The translations under genes and the position numbers were made by a program. The notes beneath the pieces are model-generated. The model did no database searches and was not told the origin of the DNA. It saw only the letters and a program-made list of their open reading frames with translations. Positions 1-8,769 of a DNA stretch of 37,663 nucleotides are shown piece after piece. Each line of letters begins with the position of its first letter. Position 1 is the stretch's first letter. The DNA lies in the IMG/VR virus record IMGVR_UViG_3300030397_001117, positions 1 to 37,663 of that record, one strand, 5' to 3'. The stretch comes from a virus. Its lineage: Duplodnaviria; Caudoviricetes.

Positions 1-17
1 GTTTCCCAGTCACGATC
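1..17 (+). other. Random-amplification (Round A/B, SISPA-type) primer sequence; library artefact
   Basis: GTTTCCCAGTCACGATC is the standard primer-B tag, and its exact reverse complement ends the window. Confidence 0.95.
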
Positions 18-569
18 CCAAGGAAACCACGGAAAAGGTTAACCGACAACGACCTGGTTGTCCTGCTGCTCGAACAACCGAAAGATTACTTTGAGGAAAA
101 AACACCAGAGGACTTTCTGAAGTCGAAAGGTCTTCGCTCAAAAAAGCGTATTCACACTATATGTAAAAAATACTCGGAATTGGTCCCGGATGAGCCCGCG
201 GAACTGAGCCTTGAGCCAGAGCCATTCATGTCCGAGGAGGAACAAAAAATATACATTCAGGTAAGAGACAGCCTTTCAGAAATGCGAGACTTAGAAACGG
301 AAGACCACTATCTGATTGCAAACTTCGCAACAAACTACATTCTCTTTTGTGATGCTACTACCGAGTTGAGAAAAGGCGGGATTCTGGTTAAGGGGCACAA
401 TGGCGGAAAGCGCAGAAACCCCCTGATCATGGCTCGTCAGACTTTTGAAGCTGCATATAAGGATGCCGCCAAAATGCTTGGCCTTGGAGTTGCGCTTCGA
501 TCAAGGTTGAAACTGGAGAAGGCAAAGATTAAGAAAATAGACCCGGACGATCCGCTTGGCCTGGAATAG
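18..569 (+). CDS. terS: Terminase small subunit, P27 family (5'-truncated)
   Basis: The frame is open from nt 18 (PRKPRKRL...), upstream of the TTG at 180. Motifs GILVKGHNGGKRRNPLI and AKMLGLG..LRSRL are P27-type. Lies directly upstream of terL. Confidence 0.85.
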   Translation, partial: PRKPRKRLTDNDLVVLLLEQPKDYFEEKTPEDFLKSKGLRSKKRIHTICKKYSELVPDEPAELSLEPEPFMSEEEQKIYIQVRDSLSEMRDLETEDHYLIANFATNYILFCDATTELRKGGILVKGHNGGKRRNPLIMARQTFEAAYKDAAKMLGLGVALRSRLKLEKAKIKKIDPDDPLGLE

Positions 570-588
570 TTAAATCATCCTCCCCTAG

Positions 589-2211
589 ATGAAGAAACTT
601 CCAGCAAAATACTACTACGACGATACCGAACCTCAAAGGATAAAGACCTTCATTGAGAGTTATTGCCGAATCAACAAAGATGGTGCTCTTTTCAAAAAGG
701 GGGACTTGATGAAGGTCCAGCCTTGGCAATGGGAAATTATTAAAGACGTATTTGGAACCAAGAGAAAGTCGGACGGCCTGCGCCGGTATGTCTATGTCTG
801 GATTGAGATTCCGAAAAAAAACGGCAAGAGTGGATTGCTGAGTGCTCTTCAACTTTACCTCCTACAGAACGAAGAACAAGGTGGTCTGGGTTACGGTGCT
901 GCCAATACAAAGGATCAAGCCAATTTGATTCTGAAGGATGCCAAGGAAATGATCCAGCTGGACCGGAATCTGAGTAGAATTTTTGACATCAAGCAATACC
1001 ATGTTGCGCATAAAAAGTCCAATTCCGAATACAAAATCATCTCTGCCGATTCAAGTGGAGTCCATGGAGCAAACCTGAGCTTTTGTTTTTATGATGAGAT
1101 CCACGCAGGATCTGTTGATCACCAGGTTAAAGATTTGTGGGATGCTCTGAGGAAGTCAATCGTTACTCGGGCTGAGCCACTCATCTTTGTTATCACCAAT
1201 AGCGGAATCAAAGGGACCTTTCCACACGAGCTCCACAAGTACGCGAAGAAGGTAGAAGACAATGTTATTACCGATGACCGGTGGTACGTCAAAACGTACA
1301 ATGCTCCGGAAGACTGCGACATATTCTCAGAGAAGGTATTCGCCTCTGTTAATCCCGGATACAAAAGCGTTATCCCAAAGAGGTATTGGGAGGGTGAGGT
1401 TCAAGAGATAAAAAATGAGCCGTTAAGCGAAGAAGTCTGGAAGAGGCTTCATCTGGGTATTTGGGTTAGCTCCACTCAAGCATGGAGTATTGCCGATATC
1501 TGGCAAAGAGGATTCGAACGGAAAAAAGAGCTGTCGGAATTCTCTGGCCATGAATGCATTCTGGGATTAGACTTTGCCGACAGCCGTGACATGAACTCCC
1601 TGAGCATTATCATCCCTCCGACCTTCTACGACGATGATGGAAAGGCCATTTTATTCAAGGAGAATAAGAATACAAAGTTTGAGTGGTTCAACCTTCAATG
1701 GTGCCCAAGCTCAACAGTTGATCGCCGAAAAAGAGAGGAGAATTTGAGATTCAAAGAATGGGTGAATGATAAATATGTGAAAGTGACCAGTGGCGACTTT
1801 CGGGACAGTGAAACGATTGCTGCTGACATCATAAAAATGACTGAAGATCTTGATGTTGTGCGCGTGGGATTTGACCGCGCCAAAAGTGACGTGGTTGTTC
1901 CCAGGTTAATGGAGAACGAAATGGAGTGTGAGCCGTGGGCGCAGACTCCGTATTCAATGAACAACACGGTTCAAAAGTTAGATGAACTCATAACCACTGG
2001 CCAGGTGAACCATCAAGGTAACCCGGTTCTGGAGTGGCAAATTGGAAACGTTGAGTTGTATTCAGACAGAGAACAACTGCAATGGGTACACAAGACTAAG
2101 AGTAAGGATAAGATCGATGGCATAGTCAGTTTCTTGAATGGCTTGAAGAGCTACATGGAGTTAATCAAGGATCCACAAATTCAATCTGACCCAGAAACTT
2201 GGATAAGCTAA
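589..2211 (+). CDS. terL: Terminase large subunit (Terminase_1, HK97/cos type)
   Basis: QPWQ adenine-binding motif, Walker A IPKKNGKS, Walker B FYDEIH, nuclease motifs LGLDFA and KDKIDG. Confidence 0.97.
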   Translation: MKKLPAKYYYDDTEPQRIKTFIESYCRINKDGALFKKGDLMKVQPWQWEIIKDVFGTKRKSDGLRRYVYVWIEIPKKNGKSGLLSALQLYLLQNEEQGGLGYGAANTKDQANLILKDAKEMIQLDRNLSRIFDIKQYHVAHKKSNSEYKIISADSSGVHGANLSFCFYDEIHAGSVDHQVKDLWDALRKSIVTRAEPLIFVITNSGIKGTFPHELHKYAKKVEDNVITDDRWYVKTYNAPEDCDIFSEKVFASVNPGYKSVIPKRYWEGEVQEIKNEPLSEEVWKRLHLGIWVSSTQAWSIADIWQRGFERKKELSEFSGHECILGLDFADSRDMNSLSIIIPPTFYDDDGKAILFKENKNTKFEWFNLQWCPSSTVDRRKREENLRFKEWVNDKYVKVTSGDFRDSETIAADIIKMTEDLDVVRVGFDRAKSDVVVPRLMENEMECEPWAQTPYSMNNTVQKLDELITTGQVNHQGNPVLEWQIGNVELYSDREQLQWVHKTKSKDKIDGIVSFLNGLKSYMELIKDPQIQSDPETWIS

Positions 2212-2399
2212 TGGCCAGAAGAGACCCACATATCGCTAAGGATTTCATTCGGTTGTACTACTCAAGGTATAACCAAAAGATGACGAACAAGCAAAACTAT
2301 GAGGCCACGGAGCGCGCATATACTAGGAAGCACGGACATCGTTGTTTTTCTAGCTATCACTCCTTCCGCAGGAGCAAGCTATACCACATGAAAAAGTGA
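2211..2399 (+). CDS. Small basic hypothetical protein (possibly DNA-binding)
   Basis: ATG overlaps the terL stop (TAATG). 62 aa, rich in R/K/Y/H. Confidence 0.7.
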   Translation: MARRDPHIAKDFIRLYYSRYNQKMTNKQNYEATERAYTRKHGHRCFSSYHSFRRSKLYHMKK

Positions 2400-2416
2400 A
2401 CAATTAAGTGAACAAT
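2394..2416 (+). repeat. 11-bp direct repeat AAGTGAACAAT x2 upstream of portal
   Basis: Copies at 2394-2404 and 2406-2416. Confidence 0.75.
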
Positions 2417-2470
2417 AAAACTTTCTTTTAATACATAACTGCTTGAAATTGTGGTCATAATTCCGTATGG

Positions 2471-3685
2471 ATGTCGTGGCTCACAAAATTATTTAGAAGT
2501 TCACCATTTGAAAATCCTTCCGTATCGCTGAATCCAGCGACATGGTTGAATGTTTTCAATAAGAGTGCCAGTGGCGAGGTTGTCAATGTAGAGACAGCCA
2601 TGTCCATTAGCGCCATGTGGGCCGCATGGAGGCTGCTTGCGGAGAGCTTCGCAAGCTTTCAAGTGGATGTCGTATTGGATAAGGATGGAAGGATTCAAGT
2701 CGATCGAAATCATCCGAATCACAAGCTTATCAAAAAGAGCCCTAACGACATTCAGACTTCATTCTCTTTTAGAGAAAGTATGATGTTGAATGCGCTGGCA
2801 TTCGGCGCTTGTTATGCGGAAATTGACCGGGAAAGTAAGTACGGAGATATTGAACAACTTGTTGTGCTTCAAGCCAACCTGGTTACGCCCTGGACTTACA
2901 AAGGCAAGCTGTACTATAAAGTAGAAGGAAAAAACAAGACGCTCCTGCCGCATGAGATCGTCGCAATACCCATCATGTCTTTCGATGGAGTCAATGTCAA
3001 TCCTGTACTGACCAAGGCTCGAAATATCCTCGGAGAAATGCTCGCAGCCCAACGACTCACAGGTGACTATTATGCCAATGGCGCTCGTGTATCCGGAGTT
3101 ATCCAAACAGACCAAGACTTAACTCAACCTCAAAGAGAATCCCTGCAATCATCCTTTGACTCGAAAATGGGAGGAAAGGGAAGCAATAGAGGCGGCACTG
3201 CATTGCTTTCGAATGGTCTAAAGTACGTTCCCATTTCATCGAACATGAAGGAGGCTGAAATCCTGCAGATGCGGAATTTTTACATTCAAGAGGTATCGCG
3301 ATTGTACAACATTTCTCCACACCTACTTCACGAACATTCACGATCAACATTCAATAATATAAGCAGCCTTGATCAGGGTTTTGCAAAATACACCATGCGG
3401 CCATACGTCAAGCGCTGGGAGGAAGAGCTTGATCGAAAGTTATTCCCTGAAGATACTGGCCACTCAGTTCAATTCAACATGGATTCGGTACTAAGGGCCG
3501 ACAGCTTGACAAGAGCCAAAGTCCACCAACTCATGAGAATGTACGTAGGTGTAACCGGAAACGAGATCCGTCAATTGGAAGGGCTTCCGCCTCAAGAAGG
3601 TTTGGATGACCCCACACCCCTATTCGTATTACAAACTAATCCAGAAAAAAATGGAGACGAGAAAGACCCAGAGTCCGAAGATTAA
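2471..3685 (+). CDS. Portal protein, HK97 family
   Basis: ETAMSISAMWAAWRLLAESFAS, PNDIQTSFSFRE, YYANGARVSGV, EVSRLYNISPHLL, NEIRQLEGLPP motifs; position after terL. Confidence 0.96.
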   Translation: MSWLTKLFRSSPFENPSVSLNPATWLNVFNKSASGEVVNVETAMSISAMWAAWRLLAESFASFQVDVVLDKDGRIQVDRNHPNHKLIKKSPNDIQTSFSFRESMMLNALAFGACYAEIDRESKYGDIEQLVVLQANLVTPWTYKGKLYYKVEGKNKTLLPHEIVAIPIMSFDGVNVNPVLTKARNILGEMLAAQRLTGDYYANGARVSGVIQTDQDLTQPQRESLQSSFDSKMGGKGSNRGGTALLSNGLKYVPISSNMKEAEILQMRNFYIQEVSRLYNISPHLLHEHSRSTFNNISSLDQGFAKYTMRPYVKRWEEELDRKLFPEDTGHSVQFNMDSVLRADSLTRAKVHQLMRMYVGVTGNEIRQLEGLPPQEGLDDPTPLFVLQTNPEKNGDEKDPESED

Positions 3686-4289
3686 GGAACGTAGATTTTT
3701 TACCGGACTTGAAGTCAGAGAGTCCGAAGAGCAACCTGGAGTGATTGAAGGAATTGCTGCCAAGGTTGGTGAGGAGTACGATATGGGATGGTATCGCGAG
3801 AAGATATTACCAGGTGCATTTGATGCGGTAATGGAGGACGATGTGAGAGTATTGAAGAATCATGACTCAAATTACATTCTCGGCCGCACCAAGTCTGGAA
3901 CTGCTGAGATCTTCCTGACAAGCGAAGGCCACCTAGGCTATAAATACGCTACACCGAATAGATCCTACGCCAAGGATCTTGAAGACGAAATTCGAACTGG
4001 TGACATTGATCAGAGCTCTTTCGCATTCATCATAAGAAAACAAACATGGAGAGAAGAGAAACGAGGAGACAAATGGGTCGAGATCAGAGAAATCGAAGAA
4101 ATCGAGCAGCTCTTTGACGTCTCTCCAGTAACCTATCCCGCCAATCCAAATACAGAAGTTGGCAAGCGAGCCTGGGAGCAACGACAAGCTGAGAAGGCCG
4201 CAGAAAAAGAAGCAATCAGCACCGAACAAAGTAAGCGTGAAGCAAGGCTTCGTGAGGTGAATTTATCAATTCTAAATCAACAGATATGA
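3651..4289 (+). CDS. Prohead maturation protease, HK97 family
   Basis: YREKILPGAF, LKNHD..ILGRT, GDIDQSSFAF, LFDVSPVTYPA; start placed at ATG 3651 after an A-rich leader. Confidence 0.95.
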   Translation: METRKTQSPKIKERRFFTGLEVRESEEQPGVIEGIAAKVGEEYDMGWYREKILPGAFDAVMEDDVRVLKNHDSNYILGRTKSGTAEIFLTSEGHLGYKYATPNRSYAKDLEDEIRTGDIDQSSFAFIIRKQTWREEKRGDKWVEIREIEEIEQLFDVSPVTYPANPNTEVGKRAWEQRQAEKAAEKEAISTEQSKREARLREVNLSILNQQI

Positions 4290-5506
4290 CAAGTGTCGCA
4301 ATGAAACAGAAGCGAAAAGCCTTGCTGGAAGAAATGAAGACTCTTCACGGACGGGCTGACGAATCTGGAAAGCTTACTTCTGAAGATCAAGCCCAATGGG
4401 AAAGACTTGATGAAGAAGTCCGGTCCTTGGGTAATGCTATCCAAAGGAGCGAAATGCTCGAAGAAGCTGACAAACGTGCAGCAGAGCAAAACTCGGATCC
4501 TGCACCGCAAGATCCTGCACCGCAAAAGCGGGAGCATGCCGAGGTATTCGATATGTTCATGCGTAGAGGTGTGAACGGTCTTGAAGAGGCAGATCGCGGA
4601 GTACTCTTCCAGAAAAGGGGAACCAACACCCAAATCACCACTACAGATTCCCTTGGTGGATTCTTAGTGCCTGAAACATGGGCCAACCAGATCAACGAGG
4701 AGTTGCAATGGTTTGCACCAATTTTGAGTGTAGCCAACGTTTTCACCACAGCAACTGGTGGAGTTTTCAACACACCTACCAACAATGATACTACAGAAAG
4801 AGCAGTAATCATTAATCAGGGTGCGGCCGACACCGTGAAGGATCTCACCTTCGGAAATGTCAGCATGAATGACTACACCTATTCCTCCGGATTGATCAAG
4901 GTATCCTGGGAGCAGATGAATGATTCTGCGTATGACCTGGGCGCTTTCGTACGAAAGAAGATTTCAGAGAGGTTTGGACGAGCATGGTCAGCAGATTTCA
5001 CCAACGCTGATGGCTTAAATAAGCCGGCCGGATTCCTGCCAGATGCCACGGAGGGCCATGTCGCCGCTGCAACAAACGCAATCACCAGTGCGGAAATCAT
5101 TGACTTGATCCACTCGATTGATAAGGCTTATAGAATGAGTCCATCTTTCCGATTGGTTCTTCATGATTCTACGGTAGCTGCTCTACGCAAGCTCACCATT
5201 GGTTCCGGAGATGCACGTCCATTGTGGCAGCCATCTGTAAGAGACGGTGAGCCTGATCGCATCCACGGTGTGCCATACATCGTCAACAACGACATGCCTG
5301 AGCTCTCTGGTGGAGCCAACTCCAAGGTGATTGCTGCAGGTGATTTCTCCAAGTTCAATATCCGTTTGATCGGTGGATTGGAGATGGTCCGACTTAACGA
5401 GCGTTACGCGAATGAGAGATCGGTTGGATTCTTTGGTTACCAAAGAGTTGATTCCAAGCTGATCAACGCGAATGCCGTGAAATACTTGGCTTTAGCTGCT
5501 TCCTAA
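4286..5506 (+). CDS. Major capsid protein, HK97 fold with N-terminal delta/scaffold domain
   Basis: Coiled-coil N-terminus, GGFLVPE, RPLWQP, GDFSKF, VGFFGYQRVD motifs. Confidence 0.96.
   Translation: MTSVAMKQKRKALLEEMKTLHGRADESGKLTSEDQAQWERLDEEVRSLGNAIQRSEMLEEADKRAAEQNSDPAPQDPAPQKREHAEVFDMFMRRGVNGLEEADRGVLFQKRGTNTQITTTDSLGGFLVPETWANQINEELQWFAPILSVANVFTTATGGVFNTPTNNDTTERAVIINQGAADTVKDLTFGNVSMNDYTYSSGLIKVSWEQMNDSAYDLGAFVRKKISERFGRAWSADFTNADGLNKPAGFLPDATEGHVAAATNAITSAEIIDLIHSIDKAYRMSPSFRLVLHDSTVAALRKLTIGSGDARPLWQPSVRDGEPDRIHGVPYIVNNDMPELSGGANSKVIAAGDFSKFNIRLIGGLEMVRLNERYANERSVGFFGYQRVDSKLINANAVKYLALAAS
4496..4525 (+). repeat. Perfect 15-bp tandem duplication (DPAPQ x2) in capsid delta-domain linker
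   Basis: GATCCTGCACCGCAA occurs twice in tandem. Confidence 0.9.
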
Positions 5507-5733
5507 TGGCTAGGGTACAATTAACACAAGCTCTTATAGGCTCTCCAGTCCGTCAGGCTGGAGAGTTCTTGGAGCTTGATGACGATACGGCTAAGAAATT
5601 CATAGCCAGAGGGATTGCCATTCCGGCACCAGTGAAAAAGCAAACAACAGAATCGAAGAAAGTAACTGAGAAGCGTGCAGTATCAGGTAAAAGATCATCC
5701 GGACGTAGAACCAATAACCCTAAGCGAAGCTAA
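5506..5733 (+). CDS. Small basic head-region hypothetical protein
   Basis: TAATG coupling to the capsid gene; GEFLELDDDTAKKFIARGIA resembles small ORFs often found after HK97 capsid genes. Confidence 0.7.
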   Translation: MARVQLTQALIGSPVRQAGEFLELDDDTAKKFIARGIAIPAPVKKQTTESKKVTEKRAVSGKRSSGRRTNNPKRS

Positions 5734-6226
5734 GGCTTATTTGAAGGTTGAGCACGACGCGGAAGATGTGCTCATAACTCACCTTATCACTGCTGCGCGA
5801 CAGTATGTGGAAGGCCAGTACGGATATGCTCTAATTACCCAAACCATTACAGCTGGATACAACTCATGGAAGCTAAGACTTCCTTTGTCGAATGCCATAG
5901 ATGTTGTATCAGTCAGCTACTACAACGCCTCGAACGTACTCACCGCGATCGATTCTGATGACTATAACCTGGATGCCATAGGCAAACCCAACTGCATAAC
6001 ATTTGCCGAAGGATTCATTTTCCCAACCGTGTACGATCGTAGTACACCTATTGTCGTGGAATACACGGCCGGCTATGGAGAAAACGTAGCAGACGTGCCC
6101 AAAGCAGATGTCATACCTATTTACAAGGTACTCGCAGAATGGTACGAAGACAGAGAAGACAAGCCGTGGGAAAAACTTACGGCCAGTAGATTCTTAATAA
6201 GACAACGGCAGATATGGTCCTTCTAG
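5675..6226 (+). CDS. Head-tail connector (gp6/phiE125 gp8-like)
   Basis: EPITLSEAKAYLKV..ED.LI..LITAARQYVE, YTAGYG, WYEDRE. Confidence 0.92.
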   Translation: MQYQVKDHPDVEPITLSEAKAYLKVEHDAEDVLITHLITAARQYVEGQYGYALITQTITAGYNSWKLRLPLSNAIDVVSVSYYNASNVLTAIDSDDYNLDAIGKPNCITFAEGFIFPTVYDRSTPIVVEYTAGYGENVADVPKADVIPIYKVLAEWYEDREDKPWEKLTASRFLIRQRQIWSF

Positions 6227-6555
6227 ACATTGGCAAAATGAACAGGAGGGTCAAGATCATGGCCGATACCAAGTCAACTGACGACTTCAACGAGGTCACC
6301 CGGTCCTGGTCACAGCTCGCAGAAGTGTGGGCTGCGATCGACTGGTCAGCTGACAGAAACGACAAAGAAGAGCTCGAAGGAGCCAAGGAAACCGTATTCG
6401 GAGAAATAGCGGTGCTAATTCGGTACAGGACCGACATAGACGAGACCATGAGGCTGCAGTACGACTCAATCGACTATGACATCAAGTCAATCAATCGACA
6501 TGAGTCCCGAGGCAGAGACCGGTATTTGATCATCAAGGCCAGAAAGGTGATATGA
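6214..6555 (+). CDS. Head closure protein (SPP1 gp16-like)
   Basis: IGKMNRRV, VWAAI, IRYRTDIDETMRL, YDIKSI; gene order. Confidence 0.9.
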   Translation: MVLLDIGKMNRRVKIMADTKSTDDFNEVTRSWSQLAEVWAAIDWSADRNDKEELEGAKETVFGEIAVLIRYRTDIDETMRLQYDSIDYDIKSINRHESRGRDRYLIIKARKVI

Positions 6556-6956
6556 GTTTGCAGCAACAAGTAAATATCATCAATAAGCGGTTACAAAAAA
6601 TCGCAAAAGGCGTGCCTATAAAGACTCGTCGAAGGATATATGGAAAGGCGGCTAGAAAGATTTCAAAGGCGGCTAGAGAAAATGTCAATAGTCGCAGTGG
6701 CAAGTTACGCAAGAATATCACTCGGTTAAGATTGGCACTTAGACAAGACGCCGTCTATGTAGGTGTCAAGAAAAGATCGAACAAAGACCAAAATCCATTC
6801 TACGCACACTTTGTGGAGTATGGAACTGAGAATCAAAAGCCTCAAGGATATATGAGACGAGCTTACGAGTCCAAAAAAGAGGAGGTAAGACAAGAAGTAA
6901 TTGCCGGATTATCAAAAGAGTACAACAATTCTATCAAGCGTGTCAGTCAGCGGTAA
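6552..6956 (+). CDS. HK97 gp10-family tail completion protein
   Basis: SGKLRKNI, FYAHFVEYGT, PQGYMRRAY. Confidence 0.9.
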   Translation: MSLQQQVNIINKRLQKIAKGVPIKTRRRIYGKAARKISKAARENVNSRSGKLRKNITRLRLALRQDAVYVGVKKRSNKDQNPFYAHFVEYGTENQKPQGYMRRAYESKKEEVRQEVIAGLSKEYNNSIKRVSQR

Positions 6957-7338
6957 AGCCATAACATCCTTGCTTCTTGGTGACGCCACACTTGAGGGTA
7001 TGGTCGGCCACAGGATTCGTCTTGTGAAACTGGATCAAGAGGACGTCTACCCTGCCATTGTGTGCCACTTGATTTCGAATAATCCAAGCAATACCAAGGA
7101 TGGCTCTAGTCAGGCCGATTTGGTCAGATGGCAAGTCAGTTCAATTGCAGAATCGATGGCTTCGGCAATCACCATAGCAGAACGCGTCAGAACCGTACTT
7201 GACGGCCTCGGTGCAACCACCATAAATGGAATTAATGTGGATGGCATCGTCTACATGGACGAAGTAACACTACCCTATAATGATAAAAACGACCTGTTCC
7301 AAGTGGCGCAGGATTACCAAATAAGAGTAAGACGATGA
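6940..7338 (+). CDS. Tail terminator (DUF3168-like)
   Basis: AITSLLLGDATL..MVGHRI, YPAIV, IAERVRTVLDG; gene order; start (GTG 6940) uncertain. Confidence 0.8.
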   Translation: MSVSGKAITSLLLGDATLEGMVGHRIRLVKLDQEDVYPAIVCHLISNNPSNTKDGSSQADLVRWQVSSIAESMASAITIAERVRTVLDGLGATTINGINVDGIVYMDEVTLPYNDKNDLFQVAQDYQIRVRR

Positions 7339-7595
7339 TTGTAAAATTTATCAAGGATTGGCCTCATCCTCAATCAGGCAACATCAACAAAGCTGGTTCT
7401 TTCAATCAGTTCAAGCCTTCCTTCGCACAGCAATTGCAGCAGGATGGGTTTGCAGTAACAACCCCTTTCAATTCCATGAAAGAAGCATATGCCTCAATTG
7501 GGAAAAACATTGAGTTCGATGTCATCCCTGAATCGGATGAACCAATGGACAAGGACAACCCGGACCTCTACATCAGAGGATTGGAAGAAGAGTAA
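7335..7595 (+). CDS. Hypothetical protein, tail module
   Basis: ATGA-coupled ORF between the tail terminator and the tube gene. Confidence 0.65.
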   Translation: MIVKFIKDWPHPQSGNINKAGSFNQFKPSFAQQLQQDGFAVTTPFNSMKEAYASIGKNIEFDVIPESDEPMDKDNPDLYIRGLEEE

Positions 7596-7625
7596 ATAAT
7601 TATTTAACCATTAACACAATCAATC

Positions 7626-8054
7626 ATGCCAACACCAGGAAAGATTAGTTCTACGCTAATGCGTGTCAGGTGGAAAGACCCTGCTGTGACCTTGGCTTGC
7701 GCCACCGACGCAACATTTTCTCTTTCAACTGAATTAAGGGACACTACCTGTAAGGATACAGGTGGATGGAGAGACTTACTCTCCGGTCTGAAATCAGGAC
7801 AGATCACCACTTCCGGATTGTACATCGATAGTGATGCTCCAGCTGATGCGGGATTCACACATCTATTTACAGCTTGGAATACAGGCGATCCTGTTCCGAT
7901 TGAATTTGGAACCGCTGTAACCGGGGACACCATGTGGGAGTGCGATGCTATCATCACACAGCTCGAAATGAATGCCCCAGGAGTGAATCAGAACATCACA
8001 TGGACCGCGACTTTCGAAATCGCAGGTACTGTGACGATGTCAACCGTAGCCTAA
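7626..8054 (+). CDS. Tail tube (major tail) protein, TP901-1/lambda-like family
   Basis: DTTCKDTGGWRDLLSGLKSGQITTSG, AIITQLEMNAP..WTATFE; strong A-rich leader. Confidence 0.9.
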   Translation: MPTPGKISSTLMRVRWKDPAVTLACATDATFSLSTELRDTTCKDTGGWRDLLSGLKSGQITTSGLYIDSDAPADAGFTHLFTAWNTGDPVPIEFGTAVTGDTMWECDAIITQLEMNAPGVNQNITWTATFEIAGTVTMSTVA

Positions 8055-8059
8055 TTCAA

Positions 8060-8410
8060 ATGCCCCTAAGTATGTATAAAATCAAAATAAAGGGCGAGGA
8101 ACGTTCAATGGATTTCTCCACAAGAACCCTCGCCCTATTTGCAAGAAAAAATAACCAGGACCTGGACGCTATTACAGGTGGATTCATACTCGATTTACTT
8201 GGAATCATCACTCTAGGATTCGTCTCCATTAAGGAGGGAGCTCGCAAAAATGGAGAGACCCTCCCAAAGGGATTTGATGAAGACATGTTCGGAGATTGGA
8301 TTGACGAAGATCCTGGTCTTGCTGGAAGAGTACTTGAACAGTACTACATCTCTCAAGGTCTGAAACAGACCGACAAAGAGAAGGAAGATGTGGGAAAGCT
8401 GACAGCATAA
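8060..8410 (+). CDS. Tail assembly chaperone G
   Basis: Between tube and tape measure; KIKIKGEER..FS motif; ends with a slippery site. Confidence 0.85.
   Translation: MPLSMYKIKIKGEERSMDFSTRTLALFARKNNQDLDAITGGFILDLLGIITLGFVSIKEGARKNGETLPKGFDEDMFGDWIDEDPGLAGRVLEQYYISQGLKQTDKEKEDVGKLTA
8392..8398 (+). promoter_or_regulatory. Programmed -1 ribosomal frameshift site G GGA AAG
   Basis: Identical to the lambda G/T heptamer and correctly phased; the -1 frame is open from 8398 into ORF 8452-8769. Confidence 0.9.
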
Positions 8411-8769
8411 CCTTCGATGAGTTTCAAGCGCAGGCTTGTGGTTATGCTGGGATGAGTGTAGAAGACTTTTGGAATTCCGATGTACGGGATATCCGGAATG
8501 TAATTAATGGCGCTGTTGATCGCAATCAAGGTTTGATTCGAAATCAGTGGGATACGACCAGGTGGCAAACCACTTATTTGCTAAACATCCAAATGGATAA
8601 AAAGCATCGAATCAGCAGCCCTAAAGAGTTGATCCAATTCCCATGGGATACAGATCACAAACAAACTGAGGAGGAATGGCAAGAGGAATTGGCCCGTAGA
8701 GAGGCCGCCAATAAAATATTCGCCAAGTGGGATGCCGCTAAGGCCCAAAAACAGGAAGAAGAAGAGTAA
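8398..8769 (+). CDS. Tail assembly chaperone T portion (C-terminal part of GT fusion)
   Basis: The -1 frame reads ADSITFDEFQAQACGYAGMSVEDFWNS..., with the typical G.S..DFW motif. Confidence 0.85.
   Translation, partial: ADSITFDEFQAQACGYAGMSVEDFWNSDVRDIRNVINGAVDRNQGLIRNQWDTTRWQTTYLLNIQMDKKHRISSPKELIQFPWDTDHKQTEEEWQEELARREAANKIFAKWDAAKAQKQEEEE

Noticed and set aside
6644-6677. AAAGGCGGCTAGA repeated at 21-nt spacing
   Set aside because: Explained by the coding repeat KAAR in gp10; two copies only
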